A stretch of DNA of 64,000 nucleotides. Origin: Tubiluchus corallicola (lineage: Eukaryota > Animalia > Priapulida). A program made the translations under genes and the position numbers. The stretch is from contig JAQGDQ010000235.1 in the NCBI GenBank assembly GCA_030141605.1, positions 247,078 to 311,077 on the forward strand, given 5' to 3'. A model generated the notes under the pieces. It was not told the origin of the DNA and did no database searches. It was given only the letters and a program-made list of their open reading frames with translations. Shown here one piece after another: positions 13,701 to 25,700 of this stretch. Each line of letters opens with the position of its first letter. Position 1 is the first letter of the stretch.

Positions 13701-16700
13701 TACACTTAACAACACATCAGAAAAAACACACGTGTACATAATTTAAGTCTCTGCGTTCAAACTACAAAACACATGATATCGTTAGTTACAAATTTCGACT
13801 GCTGAAAACGATGGCTGAGCAGCTAAATGCAGTAAAGTTTGCACAAGAAAAGAAGTGACAAACGAGATGTGGTTTGCAACCTATGTTAAAAATGTATTAT
13901 TGACTCACATGTCATAAAGTCAAAACATTTCAAGACCCACGGAGAAGCATATGCTAGGCAAGTCATAGTATAGGATAGTTGTAAATAGATAGTTAAAATA
14001 AGGAACATTGTTCAAGTCTTACTTCAGCTTTTTTTCAATCTCTTAATTTTGATATAAACTCTGACTTTTGACTATGTGAATAATTTTTAATCCTTAAATA
14101 TTTCATTTCTATGCAGATCTTTCATTCGATCATTACTGTAATGGCCAAGGAGCTTATTTAGATCCGAAGTCCAACTGGCCTTTGCGATGTGATTATAATC
14201 ACGAATGTCCTCATGGTTACAGGTGTACCTTTATCAAACGAAGAGGCATTTTTGTCGAAATGGCTTGTTGCCCTACAGGTAAGCCGTGGCATCACTTTAC
14301 TGAAACTGATTTGTCATGATTACAGTGATGTAACTATGTGTCCATTTATTATTTATTACTTGGACAAATGTTACAGTAAGTACTTGCTGAACAACTTCCC
14401 AATTAACGACATTTCCTTTTAACAATTCTGATCTTTGACACCTTTTATTCACTCAATGGTGCATATTTATTTTATTCACGATTTTTTGGTCTTCAAACAC
14501 TGAAACTTTGTTTACTGTACTCTCGTTTTATGAAGAACCCCGATTAACAGAAATACCAAAACTTAACATGAATAATTTTCCTTACTAGGCAGTCAAAGAC
14601 AGGCAACAATAATTTTCTGCTGACCACTCGGTAATTGTTACAAGTTTTCCAGATCTGTAGAAGTGAAATTTCTGTGATAAAAATTTCTCATATTTCATTA
14701 CTGGATTATGCCTGCATTCACTTCATTTACATTTACATTATCAGAAGAACTAAAATGGTTTAACACCAGATATAATTTAAATTCATTTACTTGGTCCCCA
14801 ATTAAATTTGTTTTCTTTTTAGTCAAAATTCTGAGTCGTGCTAGTTCATTATAGTTTTGCTCAGTCTTTGATAAGTATCCAGTCATTCCCAGGAAAGTCC
14901 TTACACCTAACATCCTCATGTGATGCAAAGTTTTTTACAGCTTCTGCATTATCTCTCTTAGCTCATAAGTCGACATTAGTGAATAGAATGTAATCTCGTT
15001 TCTTATTAACTCTGTTTTCTCTTTGCTGAAAATTATTTCGAAATCACATGCCTTTTACAGCACCTTCCCAAATGTTTTATTGTGCCCTTTCACGTCACTA
15101 CCGCATTTCAAGTCATCACTTTGATTTATACATCTATGTATGTCTCCAAAAATTTCGTTACTATTTTCTTCTCAGAAAATCTTGAGACACTATCCCAAAA
15201 GACCAGTCTTTTGGCCTCATGTTTTTCCCAAGATGTACTAAATGTTGCAGTTGCATATGGGTCTGGGTGCAGTAAAAACTAGTGGTAGTTTTGTTTCATC
15301 TCCAATTTTGCTAAACACATTATAATCATAAAACTTGTAGGCGAAATCTTCTACCACAGGTGCTTGCACACATCTAGGTTTTTTCTTGGCTTTGTTTGTT
15401 AGTCTTAAGTATATACTTGCATTAAATAGGGTGTGGTTTCAGAATTTTTTCAGTGGCATGTATTGGCTTAACTTGCGGTTTACACCATGTGAGAACTTCT
15501 GTTTCAGAAAAAATTCATAAATGTTTTGTTTCACATTTTGCTTCAGCAATTTCATTACTGCATCTCTCAAGTAGACTGGAATTGGTTGTGGTTTCCGTGC
15601 AACTTGTGTAGCATTAGCATTGATTGGAAATTTTCGTGGGATTTCTTCATTATTCTGATTGCCATAGAATTTTCCTACTCCCTGAAATCGATCTTCATGT
15701 ATGCACATAATTTTCTCGATATCCTCACTAGATTCTGTAGCTTTTCGGATTGATCTAGTCAGCCTTTTGGACAAATCCTCACCATCCCAAATTTCGTAGT
15801 CTCTCTTTTTCCAATTTTGGAGCAGAATTTATATGTCCTTTTACAACTACAACGGTGTCATTAATTCAATGATTCTGATATTATATTGCATTTAAAAATT
15901 CAGCTTTGAGCTCAAGCTTAGAAGTCAGATTTCTAATTTTAGTTGAAGTTTTCTTTAACTCAACATTTCTGTAAACCTTTCCATCCATCATATTCATATC
16001 TGACCCACTGTCAGGCTCAGTCCATAGTTTCATAGCCCCAAATCCTATTTTTACTAGTTTGTATTTTTCCGATTTGGTGTTTTTATTACTTTTTTAATAT
16101 TTACAAACACATCTTCAGATTGTTTTTCTTGTTCAATGTCTAATACTTGAACTTTCATAGCAGAATTAAATTTCTTGCCATGCCATGGAGTTTCTTTCTT
16201 TTTGAATCTCTTTGCTATACAGCATTACACAATGTGAAGTAGTGCTTCTACCACATCTAAGACAACTTTTCCCATAAAGCCAGGCACGTATTTATCCTTT
16301 ACACAATCCTGTCTGCAATATGAACATGATTATGGTACATTGTGCAGTCATTTTTCTACCTCTATCTCTTGCTATTCCGCAACTTTCTTTCTTGCCATGC
16401 ATTTTTCCGACATGTTAGGAGATACATGTTTAATCTGCACAGCTTCTTCTAAATAAAGATTTCATTCTTTGGCTATATGACTCTTTAGTAAGTTCTCATT
16501 TTTTTTAAAGTCATATTTAAATGTTTTAAAATTCTTTCTTCAATCTGCTGCTGAGTACCAAAGTCACAGTCACGAGCCTTTGCTCTTAAAAGTGCAGTGT
16601 GTGCTGTCATAGAATCTCTATCTTGTGTCATTTTTAGGAACTGATACTGTGCATGTTGTCTATTCTATCTAGGAAAGAAGTGTGCATTTAACTTCATTTT

Positions 16701-19700
16701 CAGTGTTTCATATACATCTGGTTGCTCGTGCCATTGCAAAATAAGTAAATCTGGCAAGCTGTCATCCAGTTTCATAATTTCAGGTCTGCCTTAGATTAAC
16801 ATATTGTTCTTCAGTTGTCACTCCAAAGTAACAAAATTCTTTTTCTGTGGCTTTAACCCAATATTCATCTTTTTCCCAATTGTGTCTTCGGGTAAAACTC
16901 GACCAATTTTGAAATGTCTATTACTTGGGTTAGCTTTGGCCATGTTCTGTCTTTTAACTGCTGTTTATGTACTGAATACAGTCAAAACTTCTGTTTAATG
17001 TTCTTTATCACGTAATGTACTTTGCTTTGTGCTTACCATTCACTGACGAATGCACTTAGTGGATGATATGAATTTCTCTTCTTTGTTTTTTTTTTTGCAA
17101 TCACCATTAAAATGATTTAACATCAGATTTATTCTAAATTTGTTGAAATCACACTTTTATTTTGGATGATAATGTCAACCGGAGCGAGAAGTTCTATGAA
17201 AATTGAAAAGAGTCATAATAAGAACTATGTAGGAAGCATTTCTCAGACACGTTAAACAGAAATGGCTGGCAATAAACATCTGCATGAAGCTTTTAAAATG
17301 CAGCATTGATGCTGGACTCTTGAAATTTTATGTGAAAATAACTCAGATAGAGATCAAAGTTCAGAAGTAAGACATGATGTTGGTAATGCTTTACAGTACT
17401 GAAAAGAAGTTTTAGCAGCAAAAAAGAAAAAAATCTATGCAACCAACGCTAGGTTTTTTCCAAAAAACAAGCTCAGAAAAAGAAAGGTGAGGAAATGGCA
17501 CAAGCGAGCCAATAAGAGGAATATACATGTGTGAAAGAAAGAAAGTCTGTGCTTCAAATTTGGATTTAGTTCTCTTTTACTTTTAGTTAAAATGTGTCAG
17601 GAACTTACATAGCCAAACAGTTTTCATTCTTATTTTTACCTTACAGGGCAACTTTGGAAGATTTCTTACATAGGCCAAGTATTGTTGATCTGTGGGTGGG
17701 GAAAGCTACTGAATGGGGAATTTCTGTGGAATGCATTTTTTCATGTAATGATGTTTCCGTTAATGTTGCTTTTTGCTGAAATGCTTTAGCATCATTAAGT
17801 GAGGACTTACTGTACATTACATATTGCTTACGTTTTGCCTAGAATCTGTTACCCGCTTGTTTACTGCAATTAACCTTGTTACCCAAGAATTTCTGGAAGC
17901 TAAACATTTCATCACTTGTCTAGGGGTTTCCTTTTGAAACTCTTGCTGCAAATCACACTTTCATGCTTAATTAGTTAACAGTCAAAGATGCAGGCACAGT
18001 AATCAGCCAATATTCCTTGTGACTTACAAGAGTAAACATCATACAGCAAACAAGAGCTTAGAGCTAAGAAATCTGAAAATGGAACATAAGCATAAAGATC
18101 TAGCAGTTAAGGGGAAACTGAAAATTTTTGAGCAGTAAGACAAACTTCCAAAGATGGGGCATAGGTGTGCAGCAGCGCAGTTGAAAATTTCCCAAATTAC
18201 CCTCAGCAGAATTTTTAAAAAAATGATCTGGAATTGAGCAATAAGCAAGCCAAAATGAGAATCTAGCATCTAAGAGGCGATGCGCAGGAAAAGACTGTGA
18301 AGTCGAGTTAGCATTAAACTGTGGTTTACAAACGAAAGAGAAAAAGATGCTCGAGTGAACGCTCCTTTAAAGCGACAGAAAGCAGAACATTTGGCAAAGA
18401 AAATTGGAAAGGAAGATTTTGTTACAATAGACGGGGGGCGGTTTCTGTGATGGAGAATTCATATCTTTTTTTTAAACTGCACAGAAAAATTTAGGCATTA
18501 CTTCATTTCTAAAATTTATTAAAAAGTTTTTCAGTGCATACTAGCACAAACCACACTAAGCTGATAATGGTGATCGCTGATAATACACTAAAGATGACTT
18601 ATAGGTTCAGTCCATTACTTGGGTCAAAATAATTCGGTGCCAAAGTGGGTCTATTAAGTGGCTCATACTGTACAATGCAGGTGCAGATAATGGGTGGCAA
18701 TGAAAAGGTTACAAAGGTTTAACAATTATACAATGATACAATTTTTCAAACATAGTCGTGTAATAAATTACAAAACACATACATAGTATTAAACAGACAT
18801 GTAGTATGGAAAAAAGTAGTTGTGTTTCTTAGTCTGTCTTGTAAAATTTTTCACTGTATGTACGTGTTAAACAATTTTCAAAAATATCCGTGACCTGGTG
18901 AGACTGACGAGGGCAGCAATTTGATCAAATCTGTCTAATTGGCTTAAATGGCTATTTTGATACTCAATAATGTCAGCAGCAATTGACAGATAGGCTTTAC
19001 CGCGATGGGACAGTGTTGGCATGCAGTTCTTTTTTTAGAAACTGCTGATACCAAGTGGAATGTTTAAGTAGATTATTTGCATTTTATTACTTTATTTATA
19101 CATTATAAGAGGTATAACGTAAATGATACTTTGAACACCTTTTTCTGTTCAGCGTGCAATTGCTCGCACATATCATTATATGAATTAGTACATTTAATAT
19201 TCACAATTCGGCACTATAATTGTGTTGACAAAGAATACATGTTTGAAGTAAATTAGCTCAGCAAGCATGGACTTTTAACAAATGGCAATATGGGCATTGT
19301 TTTAATTTGTAAACATAGAAAACCATATATAACAGTGGTGTTTACCTTGTTTGCTGGGAAAAAACTGTTATGTACATCTAAAAACTCTTATGTTGCAGTG
19401 AAGTTTGCTCTAATATTGCAGAAACAATGCTTTAATTTCACTGAAGCAGAACAGATGCACACTTTTCGCTAAATCATCACTCAAAGCAGTGCACAAAAGT
19501 AATAAACTGTCAATAAGGGATTGCCCTTGCTAATCAGTAACGAGTAATTTGGTTACAATTTATTGACATTACAAATAATTAGTAATCATGACAGACTACT
19601 TTCTGAAAGCAATGGACCCAACACTGATTTTTGCTGTTAAATTTGTGTGCCTGCGGTTTTTTAATGTCTGAATTTCTTTTGACACCTTCGAAGCTACCTT

Positions 19701-22700
19701 CTCCAGCTATATCTTTAACTTTTACAAGTCACATTGCTGTTGTGTAATGCACACTTTCACACCTATTGGTTTCTTTTGTTTCCTAATCCACGTTTTTGTT
19801 GCAGACAATTTTTTGGGGTGTAATGGCAGAGAAGTAGCTCTATATCCATGGAGTCGGGAACCATATAGCTGTGATACATGTCCTCGGGGTTACGAATGTA
19901 GTACCGAACAGAATAAACAGAAAGATGCTAAAGAACTGAGTCAACAGAAAGATGACACTACATTTCAGGGCTGCTGTCCAATAGGTAATTGCCCGAGTGC
20001 TTTTTAAATTTAAGTTAACTGTTAATTTAAGTTGAAATTTTAAATAATTACTGTTATTAAACCTAAGGATTAGAAATAGCAAGTTTTAAAACTTTTTTCC
20101 AAAATGTAGCATCTGTTTTATTTTTTTAGAAATCTACAACTGTATAGCAGGTTTCATACAAAAGCACTAATATTTGATTCTCCAGTAAATTAGTTCTTTT
20201 TGTCACCCACATCTACACAAAGACGTGCATTCATGTAGGCAGCCACACTTCTACACAGCCTGAGTTACAAAATTACTTAATATTTGTCTGAAAAGTAAGA
20301 GAAACCGTGCATTTTAGAGTGTATACACGATGAAAGGTTACTTTCGACCATTGGCTTTTTTAAGATAATGGGATATTTTTGAAAATGTGTGGAGATGCGA
20401 AAATGTCGAAAAACTCACATGGTTAGGTGTAAATTAGAACGAGAAATGCAAGGTGTTAGGTATTTGACTTAGCTCCACAAGGATGGTAAGTTGGACAAGT
20501 TGGCCTCAGTAGGTAGTACTCATTATGGTATCATCAATAGCACAGTAGTTAGTATAATTATTTCCACTGATTCAAGAGTCCTGTTGTTGCAAAGAAGCAC
20601 TAAATCTTAAGTGTGAATGCAAAAGCAATTTTAAATGTGACTAATGTCACACTCCAAACCAAAGCTGCAGGGAAGCTCATTTAATATCTTACTTTCGTTT
20701 TGTAAAAATCCTGTAGCACATGATCGACATTGCAGGAATGTACCTGATGATTAAAAGTTCTCCTGAGGACATGGGTTACTATGAATTTTTGAGGAGATTC
20801 TGCAAAAACAGACTGACTGATCAATGATAACAATCTTTTTTGGCGTAAATGCTTCAATTCTTGCACAGCTTGTGAGACAGAAACAAGCAGCTGAAATATG
20901 CTGTACTTCACTTAGATATGCGACAGCATAGATTCGATCGTCGATGATGGACAAAGCATAGAAGTGTATGCTGTCCAGTCTTTCTGAAGCAGCAGGTTTA
21001 CAGTGCTAGTTTGGACACTGCAGGAGAGAGCATCATAATTCAACTTAGAAGAAGGAGTTTGTCTAATTATAAATACGTTTGAGTACTGTGGCTGGCAAAG
21101 GATGATGTTTTCACCATCAGATCTAAATCCATAAACATTGGCAACTTCATATTTACCAAGCCTAATATACTGCAGAAAATCAATCCAATATTCGAACCAC
21201 TTGGATATGTGACAACATTTTTCATTTGGGCAAAATCCAACACAGGAAAAGTTGACTACCGGGATAAGTGGGAATACGAATTAGATAAATACTTGCAGCT
21301 GAAAACCAAATTGTGGTATATGCAGAACTAATCAAGATACCATAAACCTACTGTTGCTTGAAAGTGGAACCTTTTGTCTCCTAGAAGCCCCACTTTTTGG
21401 TTTTTCACCACCTGCAAGGTCAATGTGGGAGTAATTTATGCCCATTCAGTTTATCTCAGTGAGACCTTTTATTTGACATACTTCAACGTACTGTTGCTTG
21501 ACATTGCTGTAGGTGTATCATATGTAAACATGAATGTTCCTACCTGGGGAGTGTGCCTTGTGAGTTTCGTGACCCAAACCTCATATACTTATTTAGTCTT
21601 TTGCCATCAAAAATATTTTAATTGGTGTATGTTTTGTTCATCAACACTGTGTAGTATTAAAATTCATCTTCCATTTTCAGTTAAATTGGTGTGTCCAATT
21701 GTAAGTTGGGCACGTTTGGATAAATGTAGTGCAAGGTTAAAAAGCCGCAAGTGTTACCCAACAGGTACTGCCGTGCCAAAAAGTAAAGGAAGATTTAGTT
21801 GTGCCAAAGATGAGATGTGTTGTAAGGCACCACAACCTTGTGCAAAAGAGGGAATTGATTTCATTTGTTTAAAACCTGTACCAGGTAAGATATTGAATTA
21901 CTACTCTTTTTCACTTCTTGATTTTATATCTAATGTGATAACTAGGATTTCACCTATGTTAATTAGGTTGTTTCAGTTTCCAGAATTCGTGGCAAGGCCC
22001 AGATAGGAATTTCTAAAGTTCTTGTTTATACCGTCATTCTTATATTAAACTTTATTTTCTTTCCATAAATTGTAGGTTTTTTTCTGTCCATAAATTGTCA
22101 GTTTTAATGCACCTTTATTATTACACTATATTTGAACATGTACAAGTTAAGAAAGCAGTGCACAATACAATTGTGTATATACATTAAGGAAAGATTACAT
22201 TAGATCATCTATGCATAATCTGTGAATGATAAAATGTCAAAAATCAAAAGGTCATTTGATAAAACCAAACTATACTATCCATAGGCATACATTTACATGT
22301 TTATAAAGTAAAAATACGCTGTGCATCTCAGAAATAATATGATGCCAAAAACATATTTCTCTTTTACTTGTGAGCCTCATCAGCTAAAACTCAATTTAAT
22401 TACCTTGGTATTGTGTTAGATGAATTTTTAGCTTTTAAGAAAACAAATTTTTTTAACTGACTCAGTTAGTCTTGCTTTAGGAACAATGATTTTAAAATTG
22501 TATATATACAAAGGATTGCATTTTACAACTCACAAAAAATGGTGCTTGTGTTTCCTCTATACTTGATTACTCCAATCACCCGTTTTTAAAAATGAGCATT
22601 ATGTCACCAACTAACCATATGTCAGAAATGCTTTGAGTAACGAAGGAAGTTAATCGTAACCAAAGTTGATCAGGCAATTTGATATGTCGTGAAGATCATC

Positions 22701-25700
22701 TGGTGTGTGATTAGTTTTATTATTCAGCTGTTTCCATATTTTAAAAACTGTTAGAAAAGTGAATTTCGCTGGTACCTATTTCATGTGGGACTCGCTAGAT
22801 AAAATGAAAAGTAACATTATTAACAGTGTAATTCAAATATCAAACATTTGGCAAAACATTAGCTTTAGCAGTATCATTAACTGTAATTTCACCCCGTATT
22901 TTAGCAGAGCAATTGCAGGCCTACTAGATTACTTTTAAAATATCTGAACAGAGAAGCTTCATTTTTCGCTATTCAAAATTTGTTGTTTTCCAACACAGTT
23001 GAACTGAATATAGCTTGAGAAACTTGTTTTGTGCAATGTTCATACTGTGCTTTACCCTGTATAGTATGAGTCTGTGCAATAACATCCAACCCAGTAGGAT
23101 GCACTATTGTAAAGGAAATTGTACGTGTCAGAGCATAATTTTGTATTTCTGTGCATATCACGTTATTAAACGGACCCCAAAAATCATTAGCAGTAACATA
23201 GTGCATGAAAACATGTGCCCAGTTGATACTGCATAAGTAATTAGAAAACCATTATAACCACAGCTATGAATATAAAAAATTATTTGACATCTAGTGAAAC
23301 ATATTGTTTCCGTAAACAAAGTTTAGAAGAAGCAGTGTTAACCTTGAAAAAAGAACTTTGCGGACTATAAGGAACTCACAGATTGAGTAAGTCTGAGTTG
23401 GAAAGCAAAACTAGTTTGACTTCTGTTGTTAGAAGACAAAGGTTGCAAAATCTTGATTTTGCGATGCTCTGTTGTTGTTTTTTATTTATATTAAAATCCT
23501 TGCTACTGTATTAAGATGTAACAAATAATTTTAACCACCTTGCACATAGATTAATTAACATTTTGTATATTAATATATTTAATATTAACTAATAGCGAAA
23601 TTAGTATTTTGCTAAGTTGCTATTGATGTTTAATGGGCAGTGTAATTCAGCCTTGACTATAGCTCAGTTATTAGATATTCAAAGGCTTTCAGGGTATAAT
23701 TAATTATAGTGATTGTATTCTTCATTAAATCGCATTATAAATTCCTAATTTGTTGAGTATTTTCTTGGCAGCATACAAAACGAAATGTTCTGTACCACTT
23801 CCGAGAGCCATGTGTTTGATAGTTGCACGGCTTGGCTGGCATTTTCATCCGAAACTTCGCAAATGTGTCACGTTTCCCTTTTCAAGGTGTCCAGGGATAA
23901 TCAACAACTTTCCAACAAAGTCTCTATGTGAGAAGGAGTGTGCAGGTAATTTTATTATTACCTGAAATGCCTACTTTGTTTTCCTTCAAGAAAGTCAGTA
24001 CGCATGGTAAAAATAGTGTAATTTAGTGCAAATCCATACAGGTGGCTGGGTAACAGCCTGCAAGTTCTAATCTCTCAGCAACATGTAAGCACTTGAAATA
24101 ATTGTTGTGGTATACTAATTGTTTTGGGCCTGTTAGTGTTACATTCATTTGAAGTTTTAGGCCTTAGGGGTAACGTTGTCTGCTTGTCCCAGCACCATAA
24201 ATGATAGTCTTTGATGGTGATTTTTTTTCTTTTATTATATTTTCAACCTGTAACAGGTTATAGCAGTGAATAACAAGAAAAGTTCATTAAAGTATGTATG
24301 TGGTTTATAATAGTGCTTAAAGTCCAAAAACTATGGGTATGTTACTCAAATCTTCAAAACAATTGGTGAGGTGTTTTTTTAGTTAACCTCTCAGAAATTT
24401 AATATTATTGAGGAATCATAGACAGTATTTTTTAACGTGTTTGACCAGTAACACTCCTCGTCCGTTTTGGCCATTACTTTTCAGATCATACTATTTAAGC
24501 GAACTAGAACACCTTTTATATGCCTTCGTACTTGATGGAAAATTGTTATTACTAAGATTGCTATTACCACTAAATTCTGAGCCTCGATCCAGTCAATAAG
24601 ATATAACGTGTTCAAGTTTTACTTCAGATTTCTGGACTTCCTTCCCAATTCTGTTGTTCATATGGTTTACATAGGGTTATTATAGAAATAATACACTAAG
24701 CAACGTAAATCAACAGCAGATTTAAAACAAGACTGGTATTTTACTTTTTAATTATTTTGCTTGCTGTGGGCCAATTAGGTATGTGTAGAGATATCAATAT
24801 GAAAATAATTTCAATGATTTTCAACATGCAAATAATGTACACTGCACTGCACTGTTGAAGTGACAGCTAGCATCCCCAGTGGGATAAGTAGCTATGTGCA
24901 TAATAACATTTATTTGCTTGCAGGTTTATTCAAGAATTGAATTTCTTTAGTTGTAATAATGGTTGCACTGGTTGAAAGGCAGCGTGCATGCTGCTAGCAA
25001 GTAAAAAATACAGAAATTACTGTGCTACATGCATATAACAGTTTGATGTCCCATTCTACTCAATAACTGTAACTGCTAATCTGATCAAAATGTGAAGTTA
25101 TTCCAAATTTAAAAAAGACATAAAATGCTAGCAAATATTTTTTCCACATAATATCGTAACACAAACAAATGTTACCATACCAAGTATAATAAAATGGACT
25201 TTAATTGCAACAAGCACTGTTAGATGCATTATTATCTAAAATAATATAAGAGATTTCATTTCAATTGCTAGTTACAAAAATTACCTTGGCATGCTAATAG
25301 CCTGAGCTAATGAGTACAGCAGGGCAGAACAATGTATGCTGGTGAGTGTCCAGTACAAGTGCATGGCAAAATCTTTATTCATTAGTTTGCAAAAAAATGC
25401 TCAAATACTGAAAACAAAGAACAACAGAATTTATTTTGTTCTTATATGATTTGCTTGTATCGTATGTTAGTCGTTTCTTTTCTGAAGTTTATTAAATTTG
25501 AAGAGTGAAAAGTTTAGTTAATAAAGCTTTACATATATAAATATAAATATGGTGACTGGTAAAGATATACATCGGGAAGGAGTTTTAACTTTTCATCATG
25601 AAATGTGATTTTAAAACACAAACTCAACAAAAATGCACCACCTTGAAATTGCAGCTCTTTAGCATTTAATGCAATATTTATCAAAAAAAATTCCTATAAG

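Noticed and set aside
21374-21680. Hydrophobic N-terminal 100 aa of the 210-aa ORF
   Set aside because: Upstream of the strong acceptor at 21680; treated as intronic read-through.
25332-25341. ATG TAT GCT G|GTGAGT as a possible first exon of a downstream gene
   Set aside because: Only three codons, no signal peptide follows, and there is no other support; it cannot be excluded without transcripts.
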